From Planctomycetota bacterium (GTDB taxonomy: Bacteria > Planctomycetota > UBA8108 > SXIK01), in assembly GCA_965223265.1 (NCBI GenBank), contig OZ244999.1:5024001-5088000 (forward strand): DNA of 64,000 nt, written 5' to 3'. Positions 38,544 to 47,734 of this stretch are shown piece by piece. Made by a program: the position numbers and the translations under genes. Under the pieces are notes generated by a model that saw only the letters and a program-made list of their open reading frames with translations, did not search any database and was not told the DNA's origin. Every line of letters starts with the position of its first letter. Within the stretch, counting starts at the first letter, position 1.

Positions 38544-40595
38544 ATGGCGTTTTCGCCGCAGCCAGATGAACATCGTCGCTTGCTGTCGCGTCTCAACAGC
38601 GCTCAGCGCGAAGCGGTCTCAACGACCGAGGGACCGGTGCTGGTGCTGGCTGGTGCGGGCACCGGCAAGACGCGGGTGATCACCTACCGCATCGCGCATC
38701 TCCTCAAACGCGGCACGCCCCCGAGATCGATCCTGGCGTTGACGTTCACCAACAAAGCGGCGAAGGAGATGCGCGAACGCATCTCCAAGCTTCTCGGCCA
38801 GCGCCCCAAGGGACTGGTTCTGTCAACGTTTCATTCGTTCGGCATGCGGATCTTGAAGAGTCACGCGGCAGCCCTCGGGTATCGCGCCAACTTCACGATC
38901 TACGACACAAGTGACCAGCTGGCTCTCTTGCGGACAGTGGCGAATGAAGTGCGTGGGACGGCGGCTTGTCCCGATCCGAAGACGATCCTGCATGCCATCT
39001 CACGCGCGAAAAGCCAGTTCTTGCTCCCTGAGGACTACATGGATCAGGCGGACGACGACTGGAGCTTCTTCGTCGCGGTTGTCTACAAGAAGTACCAAGA
39101 GCAACTGCAACTGCTCAACGCGACCGACTTTGACGACTTGATCTTGCTTCCGGTTCGCCTCCTAGAACGAAACGCCGAGATCCGAGACCGATATCGACAC
39201 CAACTGCGCTACATCATGGTCGACGAGTATCAGGACACGAACTCGTCTCAGTACCGCATGCTCCAGGCACTCGTTAGCCCGGAGCAGAACATCTGTGTCG
39301 TCGGCGACGACGACCAGTCGATCTACGGATTCCGTGGTGCCGACCACCAAAAAATCCTCGGTTTCGCGCGAGACTTTAGGGGCGCCAGGACCGTGACGCT
39401 CGAAGAGAACTACCGCTCGACATCCTCGATCCTCGAGTTAGCCAACGCGGTCATCGCGTGCAACGTCGAACGTCACGCCAAGCGCCTGCAGAGCAAGCTT
39501 GGCGAAGGAGTGCCGGTACGCTGGGTCACCGTCGAAGACGAAGCGACTGAGGTGTCCTTCGTCGTCAGCGAGATCGACATTTTGCGGCGCGACCCGAGCA
39601 CCAGCCAACAATCGATCGCCATCCTCATGCGCTCTTCGCAGCAGGGGCGTGCATTCGAGAGCGAGCTGCGCCTGCGCTCGATCCCGTACCGCGTCGTTGG
39701 CGGCCCATCCTATTTCGACCGCAAAGAGATCCGTGACATCCTCGCGTACTGGAAGGTGGCCTCCAACCCGGACGACGACGTATCCCTCCTTCGTATCATC
39801 AACACCCCGCGCCGTGGCTTCGGCAAAACCACGCTGAAGCAGCTGGACGAATTCTCACAGGAGCGACGTATCTCGCTGCGCCGCTCTCTGCCGCTGATCG
39901 CCTCCGGAGAGGGCGAGTTTGCCCCAAAGATCCGCACCGCGGCATCACACCTCGACGCACTCTTCGCCCAAGCGGAAAAGCAACTGGCGCGACGTGAGTT
40001 TCCACAGATGGCCCGACAACTCCTCGCCGACGCTTGTTATGACGAGGTTCTCAACAGCCTCTACACAGATCCACTCGTCAGACAAACGCGCCAAAACGCG
40101 ATCGAGGAACTTTTGGTCTCTCTCGAACGCTGGGCAGAAACGAATGCGATCGATGGCGATTTCGGCGACTTTCTCGCCGCCCTCACTCTCGAGGAGCAGG
40201 ACGCGTCAAAGGACGAAGCGCTCACACAAGGCCAAGTCGTACTCATGACGCTGCACAGCGCCAAAGGCTTGGAGTTTCCTTTCGTCTTCCTGGTTGGTGT
40301 CGAAGAAGACGTCTTACCGCACAAAAAGTCGGCGAGCGAAGGCGACCGCGCTATCGAAGAGGAACGCCGCCTCTTTTACGTCGGTATCACACGTGCGCAG
40401 CGCCAACTCGTGCTGACGCAAGCTGCCTCACGAACGCTTTACGGTAAACACCAGGCGCGACGGCCATCACGTTTTCTCGAAGAGGTGCAGCACCTCAACT
40501 TGGTGACCCACGAAACTTTAGCGGCTGCCGAAGAAGTCCCGATCGACGAGCTCGGCGGCGTCAAAGACCTCTACCGCAAGCTCACGCAGGAGTAG
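38544..40595 (+). CDS. UvrD/Rep/PcrA family SF1 DNA helicase
   Basis: AGAGTGKT, TFTNKAA, VDEYQD, VGDDDQSIY, NYRS, TLHSAKGLEF and EERRLFYVGITRA. Confidence 0.96.
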   Translation: MAFSPQPDEHRRLLSRLNSAQREAVSTTEGPVLVLAGAGTGKTRVITYRIAHLLKRGTPPRSILALTFTNKAAKEMRERISKLLGQRPKGLVLSTFHSFGMRILKSHAAALGYRANFTIYDTSDQLALLRTVANEVRGTAACPDPKTILHAISRAKSQFLLPEDYMDQADDDWSFFVAVVYKKYQEQLQLLNATDFDDLILLPVRLLERNAEIRDRYRHQLRYIMVDEYQDTNSSQYRMLQALVSPEQNICVVGDDDQSIYGFRGADHQKILGFARDFRGARTVTLEENYRSTSSILELANAVIACNVERHAKRLQSKLGEGVPVRWVTVEDEATEVSFVVSEIDILRRDPSTSQQSIAILMRSSQQGRAFESELRLRSIPYRVVGGPSYFDRKEIRDILAYWKVASNPDDDVSLLRIINTPRRGFGKTTLKQLDEFSQERRISLRRSLPLIASGEGEFAPKIRTAASHLDALFAQAEKQLARREFPQMARQLLADACYDEVLNSLYTDPLVRQTRQNAIEELLVSLERWAETNAIDGDFGDFLAALTLEEQDASKDEALTQGQVVLMTLHSAKGLEFPFVFLVGVEEDVLPHKKSASEGDRAIEEERRLFYVGITRAQRQLVLTQAASRTLYGKHQARRPSRFLEEVQHLNLVTHETLAAAEEVPIDELGGVKDLYRKLTQE

Positions 40596-40923
40596 CCGAG
40601 CGCCTGCAAAACTGGCGAGCAAAAAACGGCGCAGAGAGCGTCCGCCGCGACGTCCCGAGACGCCGCGGCATGGAGAGCGTACGTCACCGCGCGTGAGCAT
40701 TGCCGACTCGGCTCAAACTCAGTCATGACGCGCCATTCGCAAAGACTTGTCGCACCAGCAGCAGCAAGAAGCCAACCGCAGACGGCGCGTCCCGGAACGC
40801 CCGGATCGAGCCAAGTCCGTAGATGCTCCATGAACTGCATGGCGAAGTGCGCTGGCGTTCTGCATGATGGCGGGTCGACTCACCATTTCTGGTACCAACA
40901 TGAATCGCTGGGAGAGTATCAAG

Positions 40924-41916
40924 ATGCAGATCATTCCTGACTCAGAAACCTCACTCGCACCGCTCGAGGGGCAGACGATCGCGATCCTCGGATACGGCAA
41001 CCAGGGCCGAGCGCAGGCGCTCAACCTCCGCGACAGCGGTCTCAAAGTCATCGTCGGCAACCGTGACGACGAATATCGTGCCCGCGCGGCGGGCGATGGT
41101 TTCGAGCCAATGGAGATCAAGGCGGCGGCGCGCGACGCGGATGTGATGCTGATCCTGACCACCGATGAATCGCAGCCTCAGGTGTGGACCGATGAGATCG
41201 AGCCAGGAGTGGAGGCCGGGAACCTGCTCGTCTGGGCAAGCGGCTACAACGTCGGGTACGAGCTGATCACGCCGGCGGCGGACGTCGACGTGGTCATGGT
41301 GGCGCCGCGCATGCCGGGTGACATGGTGCGAACTCTCTTCGAGCGCGGCAAGGGCACCGTCGCTCAGTTCGCGGTACAGCAGGACGCCACTGGAGACGCT
41401 CGAGCACGCGCACTTGCGGTCAGCAAGGGAATCGGCGCCACGCGCGGAGGCGTCTTCGAATCGTCGTTTCGAGAGGAAGCCGAACTCGACCTTTTCGCAG
41501 AGCAGGTCATTTGGGCTGGACTGACGGCGTGGATCGTTGAGTGCTTCTCAATCGGCGTCGAGAAAGGATTCTCGCCGCAGCTCATGGTCATGGAATTGTA
41601 TGCGTCGGGGGAAGCGAGTGAGATCCTCGGCCTCATGGGTCGCCGCGGTTTCTTTCGCCAAATGGCGCTGCACTCAACGACGAGCCAGTATGGAACGCTG
41701 TCGCGCGGCCCGACGTTGATCTCAGACGAGATGCGCACGAAGGCGCGAGAACTCTTTCAGCGGGACATCCGCGAGGGTGCCTTTGTCGACGAATGGAATC
41801 GAGAACAGGCGGCGGGATCTCAGCGCTTGTCGGAGCTGACAAAGAAAGCCCTCGCCCATCCGATGAGCGTTGCTGAGAAGACAGTCATCGATCTACTCCA
41901 ACAGTCGCAGGCTTAG
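40924..41916 (+). CDS. ilvC: Ketol-acid reductoisomerase-like protein (divergent class I)
   Basis: ILGYGNQGRAQALNLRDSG, MVAPRMPG, DLFAEQ and HSTTSQYG; ATG 40924 with GGAG. Confidence 0.8.
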   Translation: MQIIPDSETSLAPLEGQTIAILGYGNQGRAQALNLRDSGLKVIVGNRDDEYRARAAGDGFEPMEIKAAARDADVMLILTTDESQPQVWTDEIEPGVEAGNLLVWASGYNVGYELITPAADVDVVMVAPRMPGDMVRTLFERGKGTVAQFAVQQDATGDARARALAVSKGIGATRGGVFESSFREEAELDLFAEQVIWAGLTAWIVECFSIGVEKGFSPQLMVMELYASGEASEILGLMGRRGFFRQMALHSTTSQYGTLSRGPTLISDEMRTKARELFQRDIREGAFVDEWNREQAAGSQRLSELTKKALAHPMSVAEKTVIDLLQQSQA

Positions 41917-42013
41917 CCTCGAGCTAGCAGCCTGTTGAAGAAAGTCAATCAGCTGGGAGCCGCCCTAACTTTCGAGAGCTCGGAACGAAACGCGGCGGGG
42001 GAGGCCCTGTTCT

Positions 42014-43036
42014 TCACTTTGCCCCGGTGGCCTCGTCCTGACGAACCCCTTGCAGCGCGACGGTAGCGTGCTGTGTGAACTCAGCATAGCGCCCGCCAAG
42101 GTAGCTCAACTTGCCTTTGACGTCGATGACTGCCCAGTGCGGCGTGCGCGGAATCGCGTAGGCGCTCGCGATGTCGGAGTCGAAACCTTCGGCGGCGTGA
42201 AACTGCGGCCAGCGAACCGCCCAGTCCGCAACACCCGTCTCAAAGGTTTCCGCCGATCGATCGAGATTCACCGCGAGAACGACGATGCGGCCGCGCAGGT
42301 GGGGATACTCTTCCATAGTGCGAACCCGGCTGTCGGCGAGATCTTGGGCATTTGTTTTTTGCTGCTCATTCGCGGCGCGCCAAAAGCAGAGCAACACGAC
42401 GTTTCCTCGGAGCTCGGCGACGGAGTAACGCTTCGATTTGCGGTCCAGGTCGAAGGTGAGGTTGAATTCCGGCGCCTGCTGGTCACCTCGCGCGAGTTCG
42501 AGATAGCGAAAGTCCCGCGCGGCACGCTGCGACCATTCGCTCTGGGGATACGCGGTCGTCAATTGCTGCCAGTAGTCATACGCGCCGCGAAGCTCTCTGC
42601 CGGATCGCCGCGAGATCCGCGCGTAGTGGAGCCCGCGCAGGTACTGCTCCAGCCCGAGCACAAAGAGCGCCCGACTGCGCTGCTCGTCCGCTGGCGCGGC
42701 GACTGCGATCTCTTCGTAGAGGGCCTTCGAGCGCGCCCACTTGCCCGTGAGGCGGTGGAGCTCCGCCATCAACTCCCGCGCTTCGGAGGTAACCCCCGCA
42801 AGCTCAGGATGGCCGGCGCAGCGGAGGACGAACTCCTCCAAGTCCGCCGCCACACGGGCAGCGTTGAGTCGCACCGCGTATTCATCCGGGTAGCGTTCAC
42901 GCAGAGATTGGCGCAGCCGAGACCATTCCTCGGCAGTCGGTTTGGCGGCGGTGGAAGCGTTGTCGCCCGCTATCGCTGGCGCGAAGAGAAAAAGCAGACA
43001 AACAGTAGCCTGGAGGAAGAAACAACAGGTTCTCAC
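42014..43036 (-). CDS. Exported TPR + TlpA/thioredoxin-like protein lacking CxxC
   Basis: GTG start with GAGG RBS, signal peptide, YPQSEW TPR-like segment, APEF...LRGNVVLLCFW, VNLD and YAIPRTPHWAVID. Confidence 0.75.
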   Translation of the reverse strand: MRTCCFFLQATVCLLFLFAPAIAGDNASTAAKPTAEEWSRLRQSLRERYPDEYAVRLNAARVAADLEEFVLRCAGHPELAGVTSEARELMAELHRLTGKWARSKALYEEIAVAAPADEQRSRALFVLGLEQYLRGLHYARISRRSGRELRGAYDYWQQLTTAYPQSEWSQRAARDFRYLELARGDQQAPEFNLTFDLDRKSKRYSVAELRGNVVLLCFWRAANEQQKTNAQDLADSRVRTMEEYPHLRGRIVVLAVNLDRSAETFETGVADWAVRWPQFHAAEGFDSDIASAYAIPRTPHWAVIDVKGKLSYLGGRYAEFTQHATVALQGVRQDEATGAK

Positions 43037-43117
43037 TTTAACCTCATAGACGTGGGTCGGCTTGACTTCCGGCACCAAAAAAAATGCAATTTTTCCCTTG
43101 ACCTGAAACGAAAAGAC

Positions 43118-43145
43118 TTGACACTCGTCCTTCGTGGCATACAAT
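43118..43145 (+). promoter_or_regulatory. Near-consensus sigma70 promoter
   Basis: TTGACA-16 bp-TACAAT with an AT-rich upstream region, pointing into a region with no convincing ORF. Confidence 0.7.
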
Positions 43146-43149
43146 TTTT

Positions 43150-43874
43150 GAGCGAGAACGTTTGATTTGCCACGTGGAAAAAAGACCGTGGGTTCACAGG
43201 TGGTTGTTCTCGGTGGTCCTCGGCCGTAGTGACGGTCGAAGCCCAACCGGGCCGCTTGAGACTCGCCGCTGAGAGAGCAGCTCGAACGAAACGCTCGAAC
43301 AATCATGCTCGACCGAACGTAAGAGACGGCCGCACGAAAGAAAACGATCCGAGCGGATCAATGATGCGCGGACCAACAGTGCGCAGATCATTCACGCGCA
43401 GATTATTCACGCGCAGATCATTGATCTGCAGAGTAACAGTGACGCGCAGATCATTGATCTGCAGAGTAACAGTGCAGAGCCGGCTCCTCATGTCGCCGAC
43501 ATGGAGCTCAGACTCGGGACAGCCCAAACACCCAAGAAAGAACTAGCAAGCATTAGAAGCAGCTGTAGATCGATCATCTCCGATCGGTCACGCGAAGCCC
43601 TCCGCACCTGGGACGCGGCTGAGCGACGCGCCGAGATCGCAAACACGAGTCTAACAAGCGCAGCGAGCTGACGCAAGTTATCGAACCGCCGGACTGAACG
43701 CCACCGAGTTGTTCACGAACAACTCCCGGCGCTCGAGTCTACGAGAGACGGACAAAACAGAATAGAAAAGCCGAGGTTGTCCACCACCACGTAAAATCGA
43801 GGGATCACTCCACCAACCACCAGTTCCTCGGTTCCCTGGGCTTTTCTATCTTTGTCTCTTAGCTCGCCTCGCTC
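43150..43874 (+). ncRNA. Candidate large structured non-coding RNA (~720 nt)
   Basis: Strong promoter, no convincing ORF, 5'/3' end complementarity and several nested long-range stems. Confidence 0.5.
43381..43474. repeat. Tandem repeat: 2 x 15 bp plus 2 x ~33 bp with palindromic core
   Basis: GCGCAGATYATTCAC x2, then GCGCAGATCATTGATCTGCAGAGTAACAGTG x2. Confidence 0.9.
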
Positions 43875-43891
43875 TGTCCCCTAGCCCAGGC

Positions 43892-44182
43892 CTAGTCCTC
43901 ACGGGCGCCGGCGAGAGGATTGCGCAAGAAACGTCGCCAACACGCCGGACAAAGGTCAAACGCGAACGTCCGGTGAACGTCGTCTTGAGCCTCCGTTGCG
44001 TCTTGTCGCTCAAGCGCCTCGATCGTCGCCTTCATCTCCGCTTTGAGATCCCGGGCGAGCGAGTCCGTAGAGATCTCCAGCACGTCGTAGGCGGCGAACC
44101 CTTCCACCTTCAGGACGTATCGAACGTCGGAATCGAGAAGGAGATTGTCGTTGCAAGAGTCGCAAACTAAGCCGTCCACCAT
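43892..44182 (-). CDS. Small hypothetical protein with two CxxC motifs (putative Zn-binding)
   Basis: CDSC and CPAC; RBS AAGGAGG before ATG 44182. Confidence 0.75.
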   Translation of the reverse strand: MVDGLVCDSCNDNLLLDSDVRYVLKVEGFAAYDVLEISTDSLARDLKAEMKATIEALERQDATEAQDDVHRTFAFDLCPACWRRFLRNPLAGARED

Positions 44183-44271
44183 CCCTCCTTCTCCCAAGCC
44201 GCTGACGCACTCGACCTCCACGAACAGCGCGCCCAACACGCCGCGCCAACACTCAACCCGCGGAGCACACG

Positions 44272-46197
44272 CTACTGGGCGGCAGAGCCGGAACGCCGTT
44301 TCGTAACAGCCTGGAGGTGCTGGTGCAGCTTGTCGAAGCGAGAGGTGAGTTCCTCACTGAGACTGAAGAGCGGAATCTCAGGTCGCTCAACTTGGGCATA
44401 GTAACCCAAACGCCCGACACCATCTACGGGACGCCCGATGCGAAGCGAAAAGGTCTCTTGTCTTCGATCCCGAAGATAGACGATGCGGACCTGCCAAGCC
44501 TCTCCCGGTTCGGCCAAGCCCGTGACGGCGGGATCAACGGTTTCGAAGAACTGCTCAGCGCGCAGTCGGTGACGATCAGTCGCGTTGACCAGTTCGTCGA
44601 CCAAACGGCTGTCAAGCTGTGCGCCGTCGACAAGGCTGCCGACCTCGAGCGCCCACGTTTCTTGTCCGACAGGTCGCAGAAGGTTCCAAAAACGACCGGC
44701 ACGTCCGATCTGAATTTCGACAACGCCTGCGGCGTTGACGTCAGAGATCGAGCGATCGTAAAAAGTGAACGCTCCCCCACTCAAAATCTTCGGCACCGGA
44801 GAGAACACCAAGTACCCCCCGACTTCGCTGCTACGCGCGGCAAAGAACACGTCGGAGTCGGCGTCGAGCGGATCGGTAGAGCGATCACCGAGCAAGATCT
44901 CCTCCTGGCGGCCAGACTGCAACTTGACGGTGATGCGAATCGCCGCTGGGTCTAGATTGACAGAGGTGCGATCCAGAGCATCCAAGAACTTTTCGATCGG
45001 CATTCTTCCAAGCTCACCGATCAGGTTCGCGATCCGCTCTTCGTCGCCCGTGAAAACGTCATTCTGGGCAGCGCGGTGGACGCGCCAGATTTCTTTCGTA
45101 CGCTGCGATTCTGATGGCTCTTCGACTTCCATTCTTGTCATGACGTACTCAGCTTCAGGAACGCGCGTCGAGATCGCCACACTCTTGACGTCGACGAAAT
45201 CCCAGTCGAGCAGGTATCGACTACGAAAAAAATCTGCGTCCTTCGCTGCGTACGTAGCGACGTCATTCGCGGCGGTGAACACGAACGGACGATCACGGTG
45301 GCGCACATGTACGAGCTTCCGTCCGCTCACCTCAAACGGCGGACTCACGTCGAGCGTCAGCGACTGTCCGCCTAACCGTTCGATCGTGAGAGTGATGGCG
45401 GGGTTATCGAGACCATACTTTGCCAGCTCTTCAGGGCGCTCCGCTGCTTCGTCGACAAAATCGACGACGGCCCAAGAGTTCAAGTCAGCCACGAGTTTTC
45501 CGACGTTCTCCCGGTCAGCCGGTACGTCAACAGGCTTGGTCATTCGCCACTCTCGCGATTCCTTGCCATAGGTGAGCTCCACCGCGTGGTCGGTGTGTAT
45601 GTTCACTCGGCTCACCTCGTCGGGCGGGATTGGAACCAGTGCGCGAGAGCGCAGCTCGTCAAGTGTGACGACGAAAGCCTGCCGCATGTCTTTGCGCGTC
45701 CAGAAAAACTCACCGTCGACACGCACAGCTGTGAAGTGCACGGAATCGTCCGGGTGATCATCCCCGATCTCGATAACGACCTCTCTTCCGGAGGCGGTCT
45801 TCAAATCAATCCGTGCGAACGCATTCTCTGCAAAGGCCTCCGCATCCTTATCTTCACGAATCTCACCGACGCGCACCATGTCGACGATGGCGAAGATGAG
45901 CCCTTGTACCCGTGGGTGAAACGCTGGAAAGTGAAACGGCTCCACCACCCACCACCGCGGCAACTGTTGCTTGTGGCTTTCGTACTTGAGTGCAATCGGA
46001 CGAGCATCAACGCCAACTTCCGCGTCAAGGAGAGCCGACGGCCTGGCGATCGAAAGTGCGACGACATCGGACGGCTCCAGATCAGAGAACACACGTCCGC
46101 GTCGCTCCCAGACCGGTGCACTCATTTCGAAGAACCGAACGTAGAGAGTGAGGAGCACGGCGATGGCGAGCAGTTTCGCATTCGATGCCCAGGTCAT
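44272..46197 (-). CDS. DUF4340-type repeat protein
   Basis: N-terminal anchor, W.M..P...AD and YGLDNP motifs; downstream of a GldG-like gene. Confidence 0.75.
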   Translation of the reverse strand: MTWASNAKLLAIAVLLTLYVRFFEMSAPVWERRGRVFSDLEPSDVVALSIARPSALLDAEVGVDARPIALKYESHKQQLPRWWVVEPFHFPAFHPRVQGLIFAIVDMVRVGEIREDKDAEAFAENAFARIDLKTASGREVVIEIGDDHPDDSVHFTAVRVDGEFFWTRKDMRQAFVVTLDELRSRALVPIPPDEVSRVNIHTDHAVELTYGKESREWRMTKPVDVPADRENVGKLVADLNSWAVVDFVDEAAERPEELAKYGLDNPAITLTIERLGGQSLTLDVSPPFEVSGRKLVHVRHRDRPFVFTAANDVATYAAKDADFFRSRYLLDWDFVDVKSVAISTRVPEAEYVMTRMEVEEPSESQRTKEIWRVHRAAQNDVFTGDEERIANLIGELGRMPIEKFLDALDRTSVNLDPAAIRITVKLQSGRQEEILLGDRSTDPLDADSDVFFAARSSEVGGYLVFSPVPKILSGGAFTFYDRSISDVNAAGVVEIQIGRAGRFWNLLRPVGQETWALEVGSLVDGAQLDSRLVDELVNATDRHRLRAEQFFETVDPAVTGLAEPGEAWQVRIVYLRDRRQETFSLRIGRPVDGVGRLGYYAQVERPEIPLFSLSEELTSRFDKLHQHLQAVTKRRSGSAAQ

Positions 46198-46198
46198 T

Positions 46199-47734
46199 TC
46201 ACTTTCGCCTCACAAAATACACGATCGCGCCAACGAGGACGAACAGGCCCGGAAACACAATCACCGGCACCCAAAAGAGAAACCTCTCGATTTGCCGGCT
46301 ACTCCGAAGCGTCCGACGCGTCCACTCTTGGTTGCCGAACGTTGCTTTCTCTTCTTCGCCAGCAAGCCATGCCACCGCGTTCAGCGTGAAGTCACGGTGA
46401 CTACGTTGCAGCAGGCTATGGTCGTGCAAAAAACTCGCCGACGAAACGACGACGAGTCGGTAGTCGCGGTGCTGAAAATCCGGAGGGGGGCGATCGGGGA
46501 CAAACTGCGACAGCGCTGCACCCACAACGAAATCTCCCGGTTCCGGAAGTTGTCGCGTTTCCCGCGTCAAACGGTGGTAGTAGAGTACACCCTCGGTCTT
46601 CGATGAGACGAGGTCGAGAAGACGAGCAGCCTCGACACCGAGAGCTTTGGCTTTGAGGACGAGTGGCCGCGGCGCGAACATCATCATCTCGAACGCGGCA
46701 GCTTGGGCGAATACGTCGGTAATCGGATGCGTCGTGCTGTGGCGCTGGACAATCGAATTCTCCGATTGCTGCACAGTGGCCGCCAATTGACGGCGCTCGA
46801 CGATCGAACCGGTCAGCGCCTCGATCCCCCACGACTCCAAAAGCGTCTCGATGCCGGTCACCTTCGGTCCGAGGGCGACGAAGAGACGCCCACCTTGTTG
46901 CAGGTACGCCTCCAACACATCGAGCTCGTTTTGCGAGAAGGACTCCAGCGGTCGTATCACAAACAGGATAGCGCAGTCTGAGGGGATGCTGTTGACCCGC
47001 GACAAAGCGAGCGGTCGCGCCTCGTATCCTGAGGTCTCGAGCTCCCGCTTCAGGGTCGCGGCGCTCGGCTCGGTCCCAACGACATTCAAACGCAGCTCTT
47101 GCTTGTCCTGCGTGAAGTAAACAGGACGGCGCTGCAGATTGATGAGACGCGTGATCGCTGCGGTCAATGCCGACTCGCCGAGGAACGCTTTCACCTCAGG
47201 TTCCTCAATGGCCGCGTCTCTCACCTCTCCGAACAGCGCAAGATCCCTCGGGGTCACCGTCTGACGGTACTCGCCTGCATCACCTGAGACGAAAATGAAC
47301 CGATTCCGTTGAGTCACTGCTAGGTCGTAACGCTCCCGGACCTGCAACCAACGCCCATCTTCGACAAGGATATCGATCTCTTCCAACTCAATGAGCGGCT
47401 GAACGGCCATGTATTCTCGCAGCAGCAAACGTGCACGCATCAAGACCTTAAGGTGAGCCCGCTCCAGGTTGCTCTGCGACGAGTACAACTTCGGAAAGAC
47501 GACCCGAATCTTATGGTTGACAGCAGCCAAGCGCGCGAGCGTTTCACGTGACAACGTATTTAAGCTCTCCGCAGTCAGATCGAAGCGGGCGGGGTGGCGA
47601 AAGATGATCAGATTGAGAATCAACAGGATGTAGAACGCCAGGAAGACGCCGACGAGCAGCTGTAGACGCCCACTCCAACGCTTGCCACGACTGAAAGTTT
47701 TCGCCCGTTTCACTTCCAACTCCTTCATCGCCAT
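46199..47734 (-). CDS. GldG-like ABC transporter auxiliary protein
   Basis: RFDLTAESLNTLS, ESALTAAI, YLQQGGRL, HPIT and NAVAWL; TM at both ends. Confidence 0.82.
   Translation of the reverse strand: MAMKELEVKRAKTFSRGKRWSGRLQLLVGVFLAFYILLILNLIIFRHPARFDLTAESLNTLSRETLARLAAVNHKIRVVFPKLYSSQSNLERAHLKVLMRARLLLREYMAVQPLIELEEIDILVEDGRWLQVRERYDLAVTQRNRFIFVSGDAGEYRQTVTPRDLALFGEVRDAAIEEPEVKAFLGESALTAAITRLINLQRRPVYFTQDKQELRLNVVGTEPSAATLKRELETSGYEARPLALSRVNSIPSDCAILFVIRPLESFSQNELDVLEAYLQQGGRLFVALGPKVTGIETLLESWGIEALTGSIVERRQLAATVQQSENSIVQRHSTTHPITDVFAQAAAFEMMMFAPRPLVLKAKALGVEAARLLDLVSSKTEGVLYYHRLTRETRQLPEPGDFVVGAALSQFVPDRPPPDFQHRDYRLVVVSSASFLHDHSLLQRSHRDFTLNAVAWLAGEEEKATFGNQEWTRRTLRSSRQIERFLFWVPVIVFPGLFVLVGAIVYFVRRK

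Noticed and set aside
43037-43306. N-terminal 90-codon extension of the 42014-43306 ORF
   Set aside because: A better GTG start with RBS and signal peptide exists at 43036, and the extension overlaps the AT-rich promoter region
43381-43474. CRISPR array
   Set aside because: The repeats are directly tandem with no unique spacers, and there are no cas genes in the window
43501-43671. 56-codon plus-strand ORF (MELRLGTAQTPKK...) within the candidate ncRNA
   Set aside because: No RBS, the start codon is buried in a hairpin, and codon usage is atypical (AGA, CTA); not formally excluded
43780-43821. tmRNA or tRNA 3' end (CTCCACCA)
   Set aside because: No T-arm GTTC(G/A)A stem-loop before it and no matching acceptor 5' strand
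43037-43891. Replication origin (GATC-rich, DnaA-box-like TTGTCCACC and CGTGGAAAA)
   Set aside because: Only two imperfect boxes, no AT-rich unwinding element and no dnaA/dnaN nearby
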